The notes under the pieces were generated by a model. It was not told where the DNA came from. It saw only the letters and a program-made list of their open reading frames with translations, and ran no database searches. From Gaiellales bacterium (GTDB taxonomy: Bacteria > Actinomycetota > Thermoleophilia > Gaiellales > JAICJC01), in NCBI GenBank assembly GCA_035473255.1, contig DATIOK010000055.1:1924-65923 (forward strand): a stretch of 64,000 nt of DNA, written 5' to 3'. Numbering within the stretch: position 1 is the first letter of the stretch; each line of letters begins with the position of its first letter. Position numbers and translations under genes: made by a program. This document shows, one piece after another, positions 55,190 through 64,000 of the stretch.

Positions 55190-55897
55190 TCAGGGCTGCG
55201 CGACCGGCGCGGGCCGGTGGAACTCGATCGGCACCAGCGGCGTGTCGCGGTCGTAGACGTCCACCCCTTCGGTGCGCTTCAGGTAGCCCACCACCCAGTA
55301 GGTGAGCGGCGTGGCCAGGATCTCGTACGCGGTCTTGAAGCCCCAGTTGGTGACGATCGTGTTCCACAACGGAACCCCGGTGCCCACAAAGGCGATGGTC
55401 ACGAACACGGTCGAGTCCAGCGCCTCGGCGACGACGGTGGACGAGATGGTGCGCGTCCACAGCCAGCGGCCCTCGGTCATCACCTTCATCTTGGCCATGA
55501 TCGCGGAGTTCACGAACTCGCCCACCAGGAAGGCGCAGAACGAGGCAATCAGCAGCCTCGTCGAGAATCCGAGGATCGTCTCGTACGCCTTCTGGTCGCC
55601 CCAGAAACCGGCCGGCGGCAGGTGGATGGCGGCCTGGATCGCGGCCGCGGCAAGCAGGTTGCAGCCAAAGCCGGTCCAGATCACGCGGCGGGCCGCGCGG
55701 AAGCCCCACACCTCCGTCAGCACGTCGCCGATGATGTAGCTGACCGGAAACACGACGTTGCCGGCATCGAGCACGCGCTCGTGGAACTCGAGCAGCTTGA
55801 CGGCCAGGATGTTCGACAGGATCAGGCAGGTGACGAACACGCAGGCCACCGTCACGTAGCGCGCCGAGATGGGAGCGTTGCCGCCGGTCTCGTTCAC
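55190..55897 (-). CDS. Queuosine-precursor transporter (VUT/YhhQ family)
   Basis: SNILAVK, FPVSYIIGDVLTEVWG, ASFCAFLVGEFVN, RTISST...DS. Confidence 0.88.
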   Translation of the reverse strand: MNETGGNAPISARYVTVACVFVTCLILSNILAVKLLEFHERVLDAGNVVFPVSYIIGDVLTEVWGFRAARRVIWTGFGCNLLAAAAIQAAIHLPPAGFWGDQKAYETILGFSTRLLIASFCAFLVGEFVNSAIMAKMKVMTEGRWLWTRTISSTVVAEALDSTVFVTIAFVGTGVPLWNTIVTNWGFKTAYEILATPLTYWVVGYLKRTEGVDVYDRDTPLVPIEFHRPAPVAQP

Positions 55898-57069
55898 GCC
55901 GCTTCCTCGGCGACCCGCGCCAGCGCATCGACCAGCTGCGGCTCCTCGATCGTGAGCGGCGGGCTGATCTCGAGCACCTCGGCGTCCCGCCCGGCCGGCA
56001 CCGCGATCACGCCGCGCCGCAGCAGCCGTTCGCAGGCGGCCGGCGCATCGCAGGGCAGGCCCAGCGCCAGCCCGCGGCCGCGCACCTCGGGCAACGCCGA
56101 CCGCACCACCAGCTCCAGATCCAGCGCCCGCTGCGGCAGCGCTTGCGATTCGATCTCGTCCAGCACCGCCAGCGCGGCCGCACAGGAGAGCGGGCTGCCG
56201 AGATGGGTGTGGGTGTCGATCGCGAGCTCGCCGTGCCCGGCCCAGGCCCGGTCCATCAGCTCGGGCGTCCCCATGCAGGCGGAGAGCGGCAGACCACCGG
56301 CCAGCGCCTTGCCGCACACCAGCAGGTCGGGCCGCACGCCCAGCGCCTGGCTCATCCACATCGTGCCGGTGCGCCCGAGGCCGGTGAAGACCTCGTCCAC
56401 CACCAGCAGGGCGCCGGCCCGGTCGCAGGCGTCGCGCAGTCCGGCCAGGAAGCCGGGCGGCGGCTCGACCACGCCGCCACGCCCCTGCATCGGCTCGACC
56501 ACGACGCACGCGATGGAGGCGTCCAGCTCCGGCACCACGCCGTAGTCCTCGATCCGGGCCGGTGCCAGCCAGGCCCGGAACGGATCGCGAAACTCCGGCC
56601 AGCCACCGAGGGCAAGCGCGCCCAACCCGGTGCCGTGGTAGCCCCCGCCGAACCCGACCACGACCGCCCGGCCGGTGGCCAGGTGGGACGTCTTGAGAGC
56701 CAGCTCGATCGCGCCGGCCCCGGTCAGCTGAAACAGCATCCGGGTCAGCCCGAACGGCGCCAGCCCCGCCAGCCGCTCCGCCAGCCGGGCGCGGACGTCG
56801 GTCGGGTGCAGGTCGCCGAGACCGTGCAGCAGCAGGTCGGCCTGGCGGTGGATGGCGGCCACCACCCGCGGGTTGCGGTGGCCGACGGCGGCCACGCCGA
56901 AGCCGGAGCTGAGGTCGGTATAGGCGCGGCCGTCAGCGTCCCAGACGGTGGCGCCCTCCGCCCGCTGCCAGACGATGGCCGGTTCCGTGCCATCGCCCAG
57001 CGGTCCCTCGTACCGGCGCAGTGTGCGCCACAGCTGCTCCCCGGCGGCCGGTCGCGAGCGGGCGCTCAC
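55894..57069 (-). CDS. Class III PLP aminotransferase
   Basis: GATVWDADG, YHG, VEPMQGRGG, DEVFTGLGRTG, GKALAGG, THLGSP; start GTG 57069. Confidence 0.92.
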   Translation of the reverse strand: MSARSRPAAGEQLWRTLRRYEGPLGDGTEPAIVWQRAEGATVWDADGRAYTDLSSGFGVAAVGHRNPRVVAAIHRQADLLLHGLGDLHPTDVRARLAERLAGLAPFGLTRMLFQLTGAGAIELALKTSHLATGRAVVVGFGGGYHGTGLGALALGGWPEFRDPFRAWLAPARIEDYGVVPELDASIACVVVEPMQGRGGVVEPPPGFLAGLRDACDRAGALLVVDEVFTGLGRTGTMWMSQALGVRPDLLVCGKALAGGLPLSACMGTPELMDRAWAGHGELAIDTHTHLGSPLSCAAALAVLDEIESQALPQRALDLELVVRSALPEVRGRGLALGLPCDAPAACERLLRRGVIAVPAGRDAEVLEISPPLTIEEPQLVDALARVAEEAA

Positions 57070-57980
57070 CGCATCCCCGCCAAGCCGCGCACCACGTCGC
57101 GGGCCACGTACCCAGCGATGCTGGGGTTCTCCTTCAGCCGGCGCAGCGAGTAGGCGTACCAGGCCTGACCGTAGGGCACGTAGATGCGGACACGGTGGCC
57201 GGCCGCGATCAGCTCGTCGCGGAGCGGCTCCTTGACGCCCAGCAGCAGCTGGAACTCGAAGCGGTCGGGCTGCAGGTGACGCTCGTCGGCCAGACGCCTG
57301 GCCTCCCCCACCAGCTCGTCGTCGTGACTGGCAACAGCCACCGCCCAGCCGCGGTCCACGAGGTCGCGGAGCAGGCCCAGGAAGTTGCGATTGACGAGCG
57401 CCGGCTCGGTGTACGCGATGTCGGGGGGCTCGATGTAGATGCCCTTGACCAGGCGCACGCTGGGCGCCAGGTCGGCCAGCGCACGCACGTCGCCGAACGT
57501 GCGGCGCAGGTAGGCCTGCAGCACGATGCCGACGTTGTCGTGCCCCTCCTCGCGGAGGGTGCGGTAGACGCCGATCGTCTGGTCGGTGAGGCCGCTGTGC
57601 TCCATGTCGATCCGCACCCGGCTGCCGTGGCCGGCGGCCGCCAGCACCACCCTGCGGGTGTGGTCGAGCGCCAGCTGCGGGTCGATCTCCGCGCCCAGCG
57701 CCGACAGCTTGATCGAGACGTTGGCGTCGAGGCCCTCGCGGGCGATCGCGTCCAGCAGCTCGACGTACTCGTCCGCCGTAGCCTGGCACTGCGCGACGTC
57801 GTGGACGAACTCGCCCAGCACGTCGACCGTGGCCGCGGCGCCGATCCCGTTCAGCGCGGAGACGGTCGCGACGGCGTCGGCCAGCGTCTCGCCGGCCATG
57901 TAGCGGTCGGCGAAGTGGCGCACGAGCGGCCGCGGCACCACCGGCAGGGAGGTCGCGATGAGACGGTCAACGAATCGCAC
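57066..57980 (-). CDS. Monofunctional proline dehydrogenase family protein
   Basis: YMAGE, SIKLSALG, IDME, LQAYL, RLVKG.Y, ASHD, QLLLG, YVPYG..WYAYSLRRL.E. Confidence 0.92.
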   Translation of the reverse strand: MRFVDRLIATSLPVVPRPLVRHFADRYMAGETLADAVATVSALNGIGAAATVDVLGEFVHDVAQCQATADEYVELLDAIAREGLDANVSIKLSALGAEIDPQLALDHTRRVVLAAAGHGSRVRIDMEHSGLTDQTIGVYRTLREEGHDNVGIVLQAYLRRTFGDVRALADLAPSVRLVKGIYIEPPDIAYTEPALVNRNFLGLLRDLVDRGWAVAVASHDDELVGEARRLADERHLQPDRFEFQLLLGVKEPLRDELIAAGHRVRIYVPYGQAWYAYSLRRLKENPSIAGYVARDVVRGLAGMR

Positions 57981-57992
57981 GGGCGCGGCGGA

Positions 57993-58649
57993 TCATACGG
58001 GCCGCAGCCGCTCCAGCACGTCATCGGCGAGCGCCTCGGCGGCGGCCGTGGTCGCGGTCATGGAGTGCGAGAACTGGGACGGGTCGCCGGCGCCGGCCGC
58101 CACGCCGAGCGCCCGCCAGGCGGCCTCGGCCGCGCCGCTGGGCGCGGCTCCCGGCGCGGTCATCAGCTCGACCTGGTCGCGGAACCCGACCAGGGCGACG
58201 GCCAGCCGCCCGGAGGCGGCCCCGATCGTGTCCAGGTAGAGGGGCGTGGCCACCCGTGGGCCGTCCGCCGCCTCGGCCAGAAGCTGCAACGCCGAGCGCA
58301 CATCGGCCGCGGCCGCGGCCTCGGCCGGGTGGCCGTCCCGCAGCGCCTGCTCGGCGGTCGCGAACTCCTGCTCGAGCTGCTCGGCCTGCAGCGCCACGGA
58401 CGCCTCCTCGGCCCGCTCGGCCAGCGCCAGCATGACCACGGCGTCGCGCACCAGCCGCCGATCGTGCACCGGCGACAGGTCGGCGCCCAGCGCCAGGTAG
58501 CTGTGCTCCCCGTCCGCCTCGAACGCGATCAGATAGACGCGTGCGGCCAGCCCCGGCTCGCTGGCCATCACCGCCACCACCTGCCCGCCGTCGCCGGCCA
58601 GGTTCTGGGCGGCATCACGGGCAGCCTCCAGCTCCAGCTCCAGGCTCAT
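57993..58649 (-). CDS. Hypothetical protein
   Basis: 218 aa with coding-like codon use, ATGA-coupled to the upstream gene. Confidence 0.7.
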   Translation of the reverse strand: MSLELELEAARDAAQNLAGDGGQVVAVMASEPGLAARVYLIAFEADGEHSYLALGADLSPVHDRRLVRDAVVMLALAERAEEASVALQAEQLEQEFATAEQALRDGHPAEAAAAADVRSALQLLAEAADGPRVATPLYLDTIGAASGRLAVALVGFRDQVELMTAPGAAPSGAAEAAWRALGVAAGAGDPSQFSHSMTATTAAAEALADDVLERLRPV

Positions 58650-59623
58650 GCCGCAGGCGTCTCCGCCGGCTGCACCGCGAGCCGCATCTCCAGCGCCACC
58701 AGCGCGGCTGCCGCGAGCGCCGCCCAGGCCAGGGCCGGCACCAGCAGCGCGGCCGAGATCAGGGCGCCGGCGATGCCGAAGAAGATGATGCCCATCTCAT
58801 TCGTGGTGACGGAGGCGACATCGCCGGGGCGGCAGCGCACGTGGCAGAAGAGGCCGACCACGTAGGCCGCGGCGAGCGGTACCAGCTTCGGCTCGGCCAC
58901 TGCGGCGCCGGCCGCCGAAGCCAGCGCCGCCGATCCCCAGCCGATCGCGTAGAGGCGGCCCCGGCGCAGCCCCAGCAGCACGATGGTGGTGGTCTTGGTG
59001 GGGGTGGCCGAGCGGTCAGCCTCGTAGTCGAGGTAGTGGTGCACCATCAGCATGCCGACGGCGTAGGCGGCCACCGCCAGCGCCGCTACGGCCACCGTCG
59101 CGTCGATCCTGCCACCCTGCAGCACGGCGGCGCCGGTCACGCACAGCCACAGGCAGATGCACGCGATCGCCTCGCCCAGGAACGGGCGGTAGGCGGCGCG
59201 CACCGGCGGCAGGGTGTAGAGCACGGCGCCGGCCACGCCCGCCAGGCCGAACGGGAGCATCACCAGGCCGCGCGAGGCGACCAGGGCCAGGCCCAGCACG
59301 GTGGTGGCCACGAAGGCGACCGCGAACAGCAGCTTCAGGGCGCGCGGCGTCAGCAGCCCCGCCACCAGCACCTTGCTGCCGCCGGAGATGACGCGCGGCG
59401 AGTCGTGACGGTCGGTGCCCGAGCGCCAGTCCTCGATCTCGTTCAGGGTGTGCGCGAGCACGCCCTGGATCAGCACGCCCAGCGCCACTGCTCCCAGGTA
59501 GTACCAGCCCTCGACGTCCGATCCGCCGCCCAGAGCGGTGCCGAGGGTGATGGCGGAGAAGCTCCAGAGCAGCACCGGAATCACCCGCAACTCGAGCCAC
59601 AGACCGCGTGCGACGGCGCCCAT
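58646..59623 (-). CDS. UbiA-family prenyltransferase (MenA-like)
   Basis: NEIEDWRSGTD, ISGGS, YTLPP, HHYLDYEAD, multiple TM segments; leaderless ATG 59623. Confidence 0.8.
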   Translation of the reverse strand: MGAVARGLWLELRVIPVLLWSFSAITLGTALGGGSDVEGWYYLGAVALGVLIQGVLAHTLNEIEDWRSGTDRHDSPRVISGGSKVLVAGLLTPRALKLLFAVAFVATTVLGLALVASRGLVMLPFGLAGVAGAVLYTLPPVRAAYRPFLGEAIACICLWLCVTGAAVLQGGRIDATVAVAALAVAAYAVGMLMVHHYLDYEADRSATPTKTTTIVLLGLRRGRLYAIGWGSAALASAAGAAVAEPKLVPLAAAYVVGLFCHVRCRPGDVASVTTNEMGIIFFGIAGALISAALLVPALAWAALAAAALVALEMRLAVQPAETPAA

Positions 59624-59691
59624 GCAGGCCACGATACCAGCGTCCAGCCACCCAAGATTGGTACGTCCGACCCCGTTCGTACCATCACCCG

Positions 59692-59892
59692 ATGACCGCA
59701 GCCGAAGTGATTGAGGTGCAGCCCGGGACGTCCGCCGAGGTGGAGGCGTGGAGGCTGCACGTGCTGCTGCAGGCGGGCTATCCGCTGAACGTGGCCGAGC
59801 GCATCGCGCTGGCCGACGCCGACCTGCACGTGGCCGTGGACATGCTCGAGCACGGGTGCGCGCCGCAGGTGGCCGTGCGCATCCTCACCTGA
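59692..59892 (+). CDS. Small hypothetical protein
   Basis: 66 aa; -10 TACCAT 6 nt before ATG. Confidence 0.65.
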   Translation: MTAAEVIEVQPGTSAEVEAWRLHVLLQAGYPLNVAERIALADADLHVAVDMLEHGCAPQVAVRILT

Positions 59893-59928
59893 CCGGCGCG
59901 AACTGCCGTTGAGGGCGATACTGCCGCC

Positions 59929-61161
59929 ATGAGCGCGAAGCCTCAGCCCGTGCAGTACGGCGATCGCCAGGTCTACTCGGTGGCCGGGTTCAACCACGGC
60001 GTCGGTGGCTGGCTGCAGCGCCTGCCCGAGGTGTGGGTGGACGGCGAGGTGGCCGAGATGAAACAGCAGAGCGGCTGGACGTACGCCTACCTGACGCTGA
60101 AGGATCCGGGCGACGGCGCGTCGCTGCAGGCGCTGGTGGCGCGCTCACGGCTGGAGGCGATCCAGCCGCCGCTGCGGCCGGGAGACCGGGTGCACGCGCG
60201 CGGGCGGGCGGAGCTGTATGCGAAGCGGGGCGAGCTGCGGCTGCGGGTGAGCGCGATCGAGCCGTTTGGGCTGGGCCTGGTGCTGAGGCAGATCGAGGAG
60301 CTGAAGCGGCGCCTGGGCGAGGAAGGCCTGTTCGCACAGGAGCGGAAACGGCCGCTGCCGCTGCTGCCGCGGATGGTCGGGGTGATCTGCGGGCGTGACG
60401 CTGCGGCCAAGCGCGACGTGATCGAGACCGCCGGCGAGCGCTACCCGCCTGCGCGGTTCCGGGTGGCGGAGGCCGCCGTGCAGGGGCCGGGCGCGGTGCC
60501 GCAGATCCTGGCGGCGCTGGAGCGGCTCGACAGGGACGACGAGGTGGACGTGATCGTGCTGGCGCGCGGCGGCGGCAGCTTCGAGGATCTGCTGCCGTTC
60601 TCGGACGAGCGGCTGGTGCGGGCGGTGGCGCGGTGCCGGACGCCGGTGGTGTCGGCGATCGGGCACGAGCAGGACACGCCGATCGTCGACCACGTGGCCG
60701 ACGTACGGGCGGGCACGCCCAGCCTGGCGGCACGGCTGGTGGTGCCCGATTACGCGGCGATCAGCGCCGACCTGGACGATCTGGCAGCGCGCGCCGGACG
60801 GGCGCTGCAGACGCGCACCCACCGCTGCCGGGAGTCGCTTGCGATGCTCGTGTCGCGGCCGGCCTTCGCCGACCCGCGCAGCTGGATCGCCGTGCGGCGG
60901 GAGTCGCTGCTGCGGGTGCGCGACGGTCTCGACCGCTGGCCGAGCGGGCGCCTGGAGCGGGAGCGGGTGCGGGTCGGCCATGCCCGCGACCGCCTGCGGC
61001 TGCTGGGGCCGGCTGCAACGCTCGACCGCGGGTATGCGATCGTGCAGGATGCGTCGGGCACGGTGGTGACGGCGGCAGACGCGGTCACGGCAGGCCAGCG
61101 GATCGGGGTGCGGCTGTCGCAGGGCCGGATCGCCGCCACGGTCGAGGAGGTGACGGAGTGA
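59929..61161 (+). CDS. xseA: Exodeoxyribonuclease VII large subunit
   Basis: OB-fold GEVAE...Y.TLKD, KRPLP, ARGGGSFEDL, SAIGHEQD, TPS, LDRGY. Confidence 0.95.
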   Translation: MSAKPQPVQYGDRQVYSVAGFNHGVGGWLQRLPEVWVDGEVAEMKQQSGWTYAYLTLKDPGDGASLQALVARSRLEAIQPPLRPGDRVHARGRAELYAKRGELRLRVSAIEPFGLGLVLRQIEELKRRLGEEGLFAQERKRPLPLLPRMVGVICGRDAAAKRDVIETAGERYPPARFRVAEAAVQGPGAVPQILAALERLDRDDEVDVIVLARGGGSFEDLLPFSDERLVRAVARCRTPVVSAIGHEQDTPIVDHVADVRAGTPSLAARLVVPDYAAISADLDDLAARAGRALQTRTHRCRESLAMLVSRPAFADPRSWIAVRRESLLRVRDGLDRWPSGRLERERVRVGHARDRLRLLGPAATLDRGYAIVQDASGTVVTAADAVTAGQRIGVRLSQGRIAATVEEVTE

Positions 61162-61382
61162 GCGACGAGATGACCTTCGAGCAGGCGCGGGCCGAGCTGG
61201 AGCAGATCGTGCGGCGGCTGGAGGACGGGCAGATCTCGCTGGACGAGTCGCTGAAGCTGTGGGAGCGCGGCGAGCAGCTGCACGCGCTGTGCCTGGCTCG
61301 GCTGAACCAGGCCGAGCAGCGGGTGGGTGAGCTGCTGGAGCGGCTGGGGCGCTCGCAGCCGGAGCGCGAGTTGGATGGTTGA
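61158..61382 (+). CDS. xseB: Exodeoxyribonuclease VII small subunit
   Basis: TFEQARAELEQIVRRLEDG..SLDESL..WERG; GTGA coupling to xseA. Confidence 0.95.
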   Translation: MSDEMTFEQARAELEQIVRRLEDGQISLDESLKLWERGEQLHALCLARLNQAEQRVGELLERLGRSQPERELDG

Positions 61383-61539
61383 ATCCACGGGGTACGCGGC
61401 GTTGGATCTGGTCTGAGACACGCTGGACGCCACGATCGTCCTCGGCCAGGACATGCCCAGCCTGCCCTGCGGCCGCTCCCGACGTCCAGCCCGCCCCATC
61501 CTGCGCCCAACCTCCACGTACCACGTGGAATCAACCATC
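61374..61539. repeat. Imperfect ~33-bp inverted repeat pair
   Basis: 61374-61405 versus the reverse complement of 61507-61539; the core GATGGTTGATTCCACG also occurs at 4686-4701. Confidence 0.7.
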
Positions 61540-61542
61540 AGG

Positions 61543-62073
61543 TCACCCTGGGACGGTCGCCAGCCACGCCCCCACCGACTTCGCGGAGCGCAGGCGCAGG
61601 ATCCGCTTGTCCGCGCACTCGGGCGATGCGAACAGCTCGGGGAGCGAGCGGTCGTATATGCGGTGCTGCGTGATCGACCACCCGAGCAGCGACTCGCGGC
61701 CCCAGAACAGGCCGCCCAGCGTCTCGCGATTGCCGTTCCAGAGCTCGGTGCCGCGCAGCACCCGACCCAGGGAGCGGAGGGTCGTGCGCAGCATCGACAC
61801 GTGCAGCGGCAGGTCGAGCCAGATCAGCGTGTCGGCCGCCTCGGGCACCGTCGTGCCGAGCTTGCGCTGGTAGCCGCCGTCGACCACCCAGCCCTCGCCG
61901 GCGATGACGGCCGCCACCTCGGCGCGGAACTGCTCGAGGTCCGGCTCGGCCCAGTCCGGGCCGTGGTGCATGGCGTCCAGCTCGATGTGAGGAACGCCGA
62001 GCCGGCGGGCCAGCTCGGCCGCGAGCGTGGTCTTGCCCGACCCGCTGATCCCGATCACCCACACGCGACGCAT
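61543..62073 (-). CDS. P-loop kinase (adenylate kinase/FlaR-like)
   Basis: GISGSGKTT, IELD, WVVDGGY, IWLDLP; start 62073 or 62091. Confidence 0.85.
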   Translation of the reverse strand: MRRVWVIGISGSGKTTLAAELARRLGVPHIELDAMHHGPDWAEPDLEQFRAEVAAVIAGEGWVVDGGYQRKLGTTVPEAADTLIWLDLPLHVSMLRTTLRSLGRVLRGTELWNGNRETLGGLFWGRESLLGWSITQHRIYDRSLPELFASPECADKRILRLRSAKSVGAWLATVPG

Positions 62074-62192
62074 TGGCCGAATCTCGTCCACCGCCGCACC
62101 CTCCCGCGCCCGGCGGGTGGTGTCAAACACCGCTCCCCGGATGAACGAGGTCCGTCCGGGGCCGGCCGTAGCCGGCCCCGGATCCGATCGCG

Positions 62193-64000
62193 CTACGGCG
62201 ATACCAGCGAGATCCGCGTCGACCAGTTGCCCAGCGGAGCCCGGGTCATTCCGCAGGTGCCGAACGGAGACCGAGCCGTGTCCACGAGGAAGCGAGTCAG
62301 AGAGCAGCGCTGACCGATGTACTCCGACGCGATCCACACGCGGTCGCCCGCGGGCACGGCCGCGCCGTAGTCGCCCCAGCGCGGGCGGAACGGCTGCCCG
62401 AAGGCCGGGTAGTCGCTGAACGAGTCGGACGGCCCGACGCCAGGCGCCGCGACATGCACCGCACCGACCTGGCCTCCCTGCACCAGGGCGTATGCGGCGC
62501 TGGGGTAGTAGCCGTGACCACCCAGCGTGACCGCGATCGCGCCCTTACCGTTGTGCAGCATGGCGATCGCCGGATAGCTGATGCTCTCGCCGGCCACGGC
62601 GAACGTCCCCGTATGAACAAGATGCGCGTCCAGGTGGCCGTCGCGAATGACCGGGGCGACCGCGTAGTACGCCACACCGGGCACGCTCTGCCCACTCGCC
62701 CATACGCCCGTGTCGAGGGCACCCCAGACGAGCCCGTTGTTGAGCACCGTCTGCTGCATGCGGCTGTCGTTGGTGTCGAGGTGTGCCAGGCGCTGGAAGT
62801 GCGCCGGTGGCTGGCCGGGCGGAACGATGCTGCCCGAGAAGTACTGCCAGCAGCCCGGGCCGAACGGTGTTGCCATGCTCCTGTCGTTGAGGCAACTCCG
62901 AAGCGGTGTTGGGCCCGGCTTCTGATCCGCGGAAGGCGGCTGGACATAGCGCGGCACGTGCACGAACTGGGCCTGCAGCCGCGGAGCGGCATGCGGTAGC
63001 GACAGACGGCGCGTGTGCGTGAGCGCCCACACCGCGATCTGACTCGACGAGCCGCTGCCCACCTCCCCGGCAGCATTCGAGCTCAGGAAGAACTCGGTGC
63101 CACCGGCGGCGCCGCTGAAGTCGCCGGTCGTCGGCCACACCGTGAAGCCGAGCTGTCCGCCCACGTGCAGGTTCTGGTACAGCAGCACCCGGGGGTGGCT
63201 CGCCCACCCGACAAGCTGGCGCTTGGAGATGGCGTAGAGCTGGGCGCCGTGGAACTCCTGGTTCCCGGCTCCGTACTCATTGTCGGTGATGTAGATGCCG
63301 TTGCCATCGCCACCGATGTGCGGATAGTCGCTTTCGCACACCCCGCCGCTGCAGTGGTGATTCGGCGTGCCCTGCGTGCCATCGTTCTGACTCGGCAGCC
63401 GGTACACCCTCCAGCGGCCAAGCGGGTTCGCGGTACGGCTCACCGCAAGATCGAAGTGCTGCTTCCCGGTGAACGTGCCGTCTGGCAGTGAATCGAACGT
63501 CCACACGAGGTTGAACCAGCGCTGCGTCTGTGGATCGAAGTAGCAGCTCGGGTCGCCGAGGTTCGGTCCGAACACTCCCGTCTGACGGTTGATGGCAGCG
63601 CGGTACCCAAAGAACGTGTTCAGGTCGATCGGCTGACTTGCCGGCCGGCCGTTCTGATGAAACACCCGCATCACGGTGTTCACAGTCTCCAAAACGAAGC
63701 CGGCACCGGCACAGAGCCCCTGGTCCGGCGGGTCTACGGTGAACTGGTTTCCGTTGTTGGCGAATCGTTCCTGGAAGAGATTGAGGCCCGGCCAGCTTCG
63801 AACCAGGCCCACCGCGCCCGTCACCCCGACAGCGGCTCCACTCAGCGGTTTCACCGCGGTGAGCGGCCGCACGCTACTAGGGTTGCGAACCAGCGGAACG
63901 CTCCGCGCCGCCCCGATCGTACCCGCGTCCGCCGCCGCGGTGAACGGCCGGATCTCGAGCTGGGTGATCCCGAACGAGCCGATCGCACCGCGGCCTATCG
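62193..64000 (-). CDS. Large putative secreted protein, 5' end outside the window
   Basis: Frame open from 64000 to 62193; beta-rich, Cys pairs, NQFTVDPPDQGLC, DYP, RWGDY motifs. Confidence 0.75.
   Translation of the reverse strand, partial: IGRGAIGSFGITQLEIRPFTAAADAGTIGAARSVPLVRNPSSVRPLTAVKPLSGAAVGVTGAVGLVRSWPGLNLFQERFANNGNQFTVDPPDQGLCAGAGFVLETVNTVMRVFHQNGRPASQPIDLNTFFGYRAAINRQTGVFGPNLGDPSCYFDPQTQRWFNLVWTFDSLPDGTFTGKQHFDLAVSRTANPLGRWRVYRLPSQNDGTQGTPNHHCSGGVCESDYPHIGGDGNGIYITDNEYGAGNQEFHGAQLYAISKRQLVGWASHPRVLLYQNLHVGGQLGFTVWPTTGDFSGAAGGTEFFLSSNAAGEVGSGSSSQIAVWALTHTRRLSLPHAAPRLQAQFVHVPRYVQPPSADQKPGPTPLRSCLNDRSMATPFGPGCWQYFSGSIVPPGQPPAHFQRLAHLDTNDSRMQQTVLNNGLVWGALDTGVWASGQSVPGVAYYAVAPVIRDGHLDAHLVHTGTFAVAGESISYPAIAMLHNGKGAIAVTLGGHGYYPSAAYALVQGGQVGAVHVAAPGVGPSDSFSDYPAFGQPFRPRWGDYGAAVPAGDRVWIASEYIGQRCSLTRFLVDTARSPFGTCGMTRAPLGNWSTRISLVSP

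Noticed and set aside
55897-59700. preQ1 riboswitch for the VUT transporter
   Set aside because: The gene is translationally coupled inside an operon and no preQ1-like sequence was seen

Overview
High-GC actinobacterial DNA; the gene repertoire and mostly leaderless starts suggest a Thermoleophilia/Gaiellales-like organism (inference). It holds about 70 CDSs. No rRNA, tRNA or CRISPR array was seen. The main result is an unusual bacterial microcompartment (BMC) operon at 15292-22022. It encodes glxBCD (N-methylglutamate-synthase-like), a non-acylating aldehyde dehydrogenase with an N-terminal BMC-type extension, BMC-H, a DUF3830 + helical-bundle gene pair resembling a split cucumopine-synthase/McbB Pictet-Spenglerase, BMC-P and a stacked-type BMC-T. 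Upstream lie a GAF-PucR regulator, a TIM barrel, a Zn-dehydrogenase and an FGGY kinase; divergent from these are a papain-like protein, a GlnA-family ligase and lutABC. This cargo does not match a BMC class I recognise. Other content: (1) two duplicated small secreted proteins, each with a TGTAT-N6-ATACA box, beside a Crp/Fnr gene; (2) a RAYT transposase between perfect 35-bp inverted repeats; (3) copA-csoR with its operator; (4) a low-GC microprotein islet; (5) a CsnR-type amino-sugar oligomer uptake cluster with two operators, extended by a RifK-like aminotransferase; (6) a 277-bp multi-hairpin element with compensatory substitutions; (7) housekeeping genes (alkA, xseAB). All family assignments are motif recognition from memory; no searches were run.
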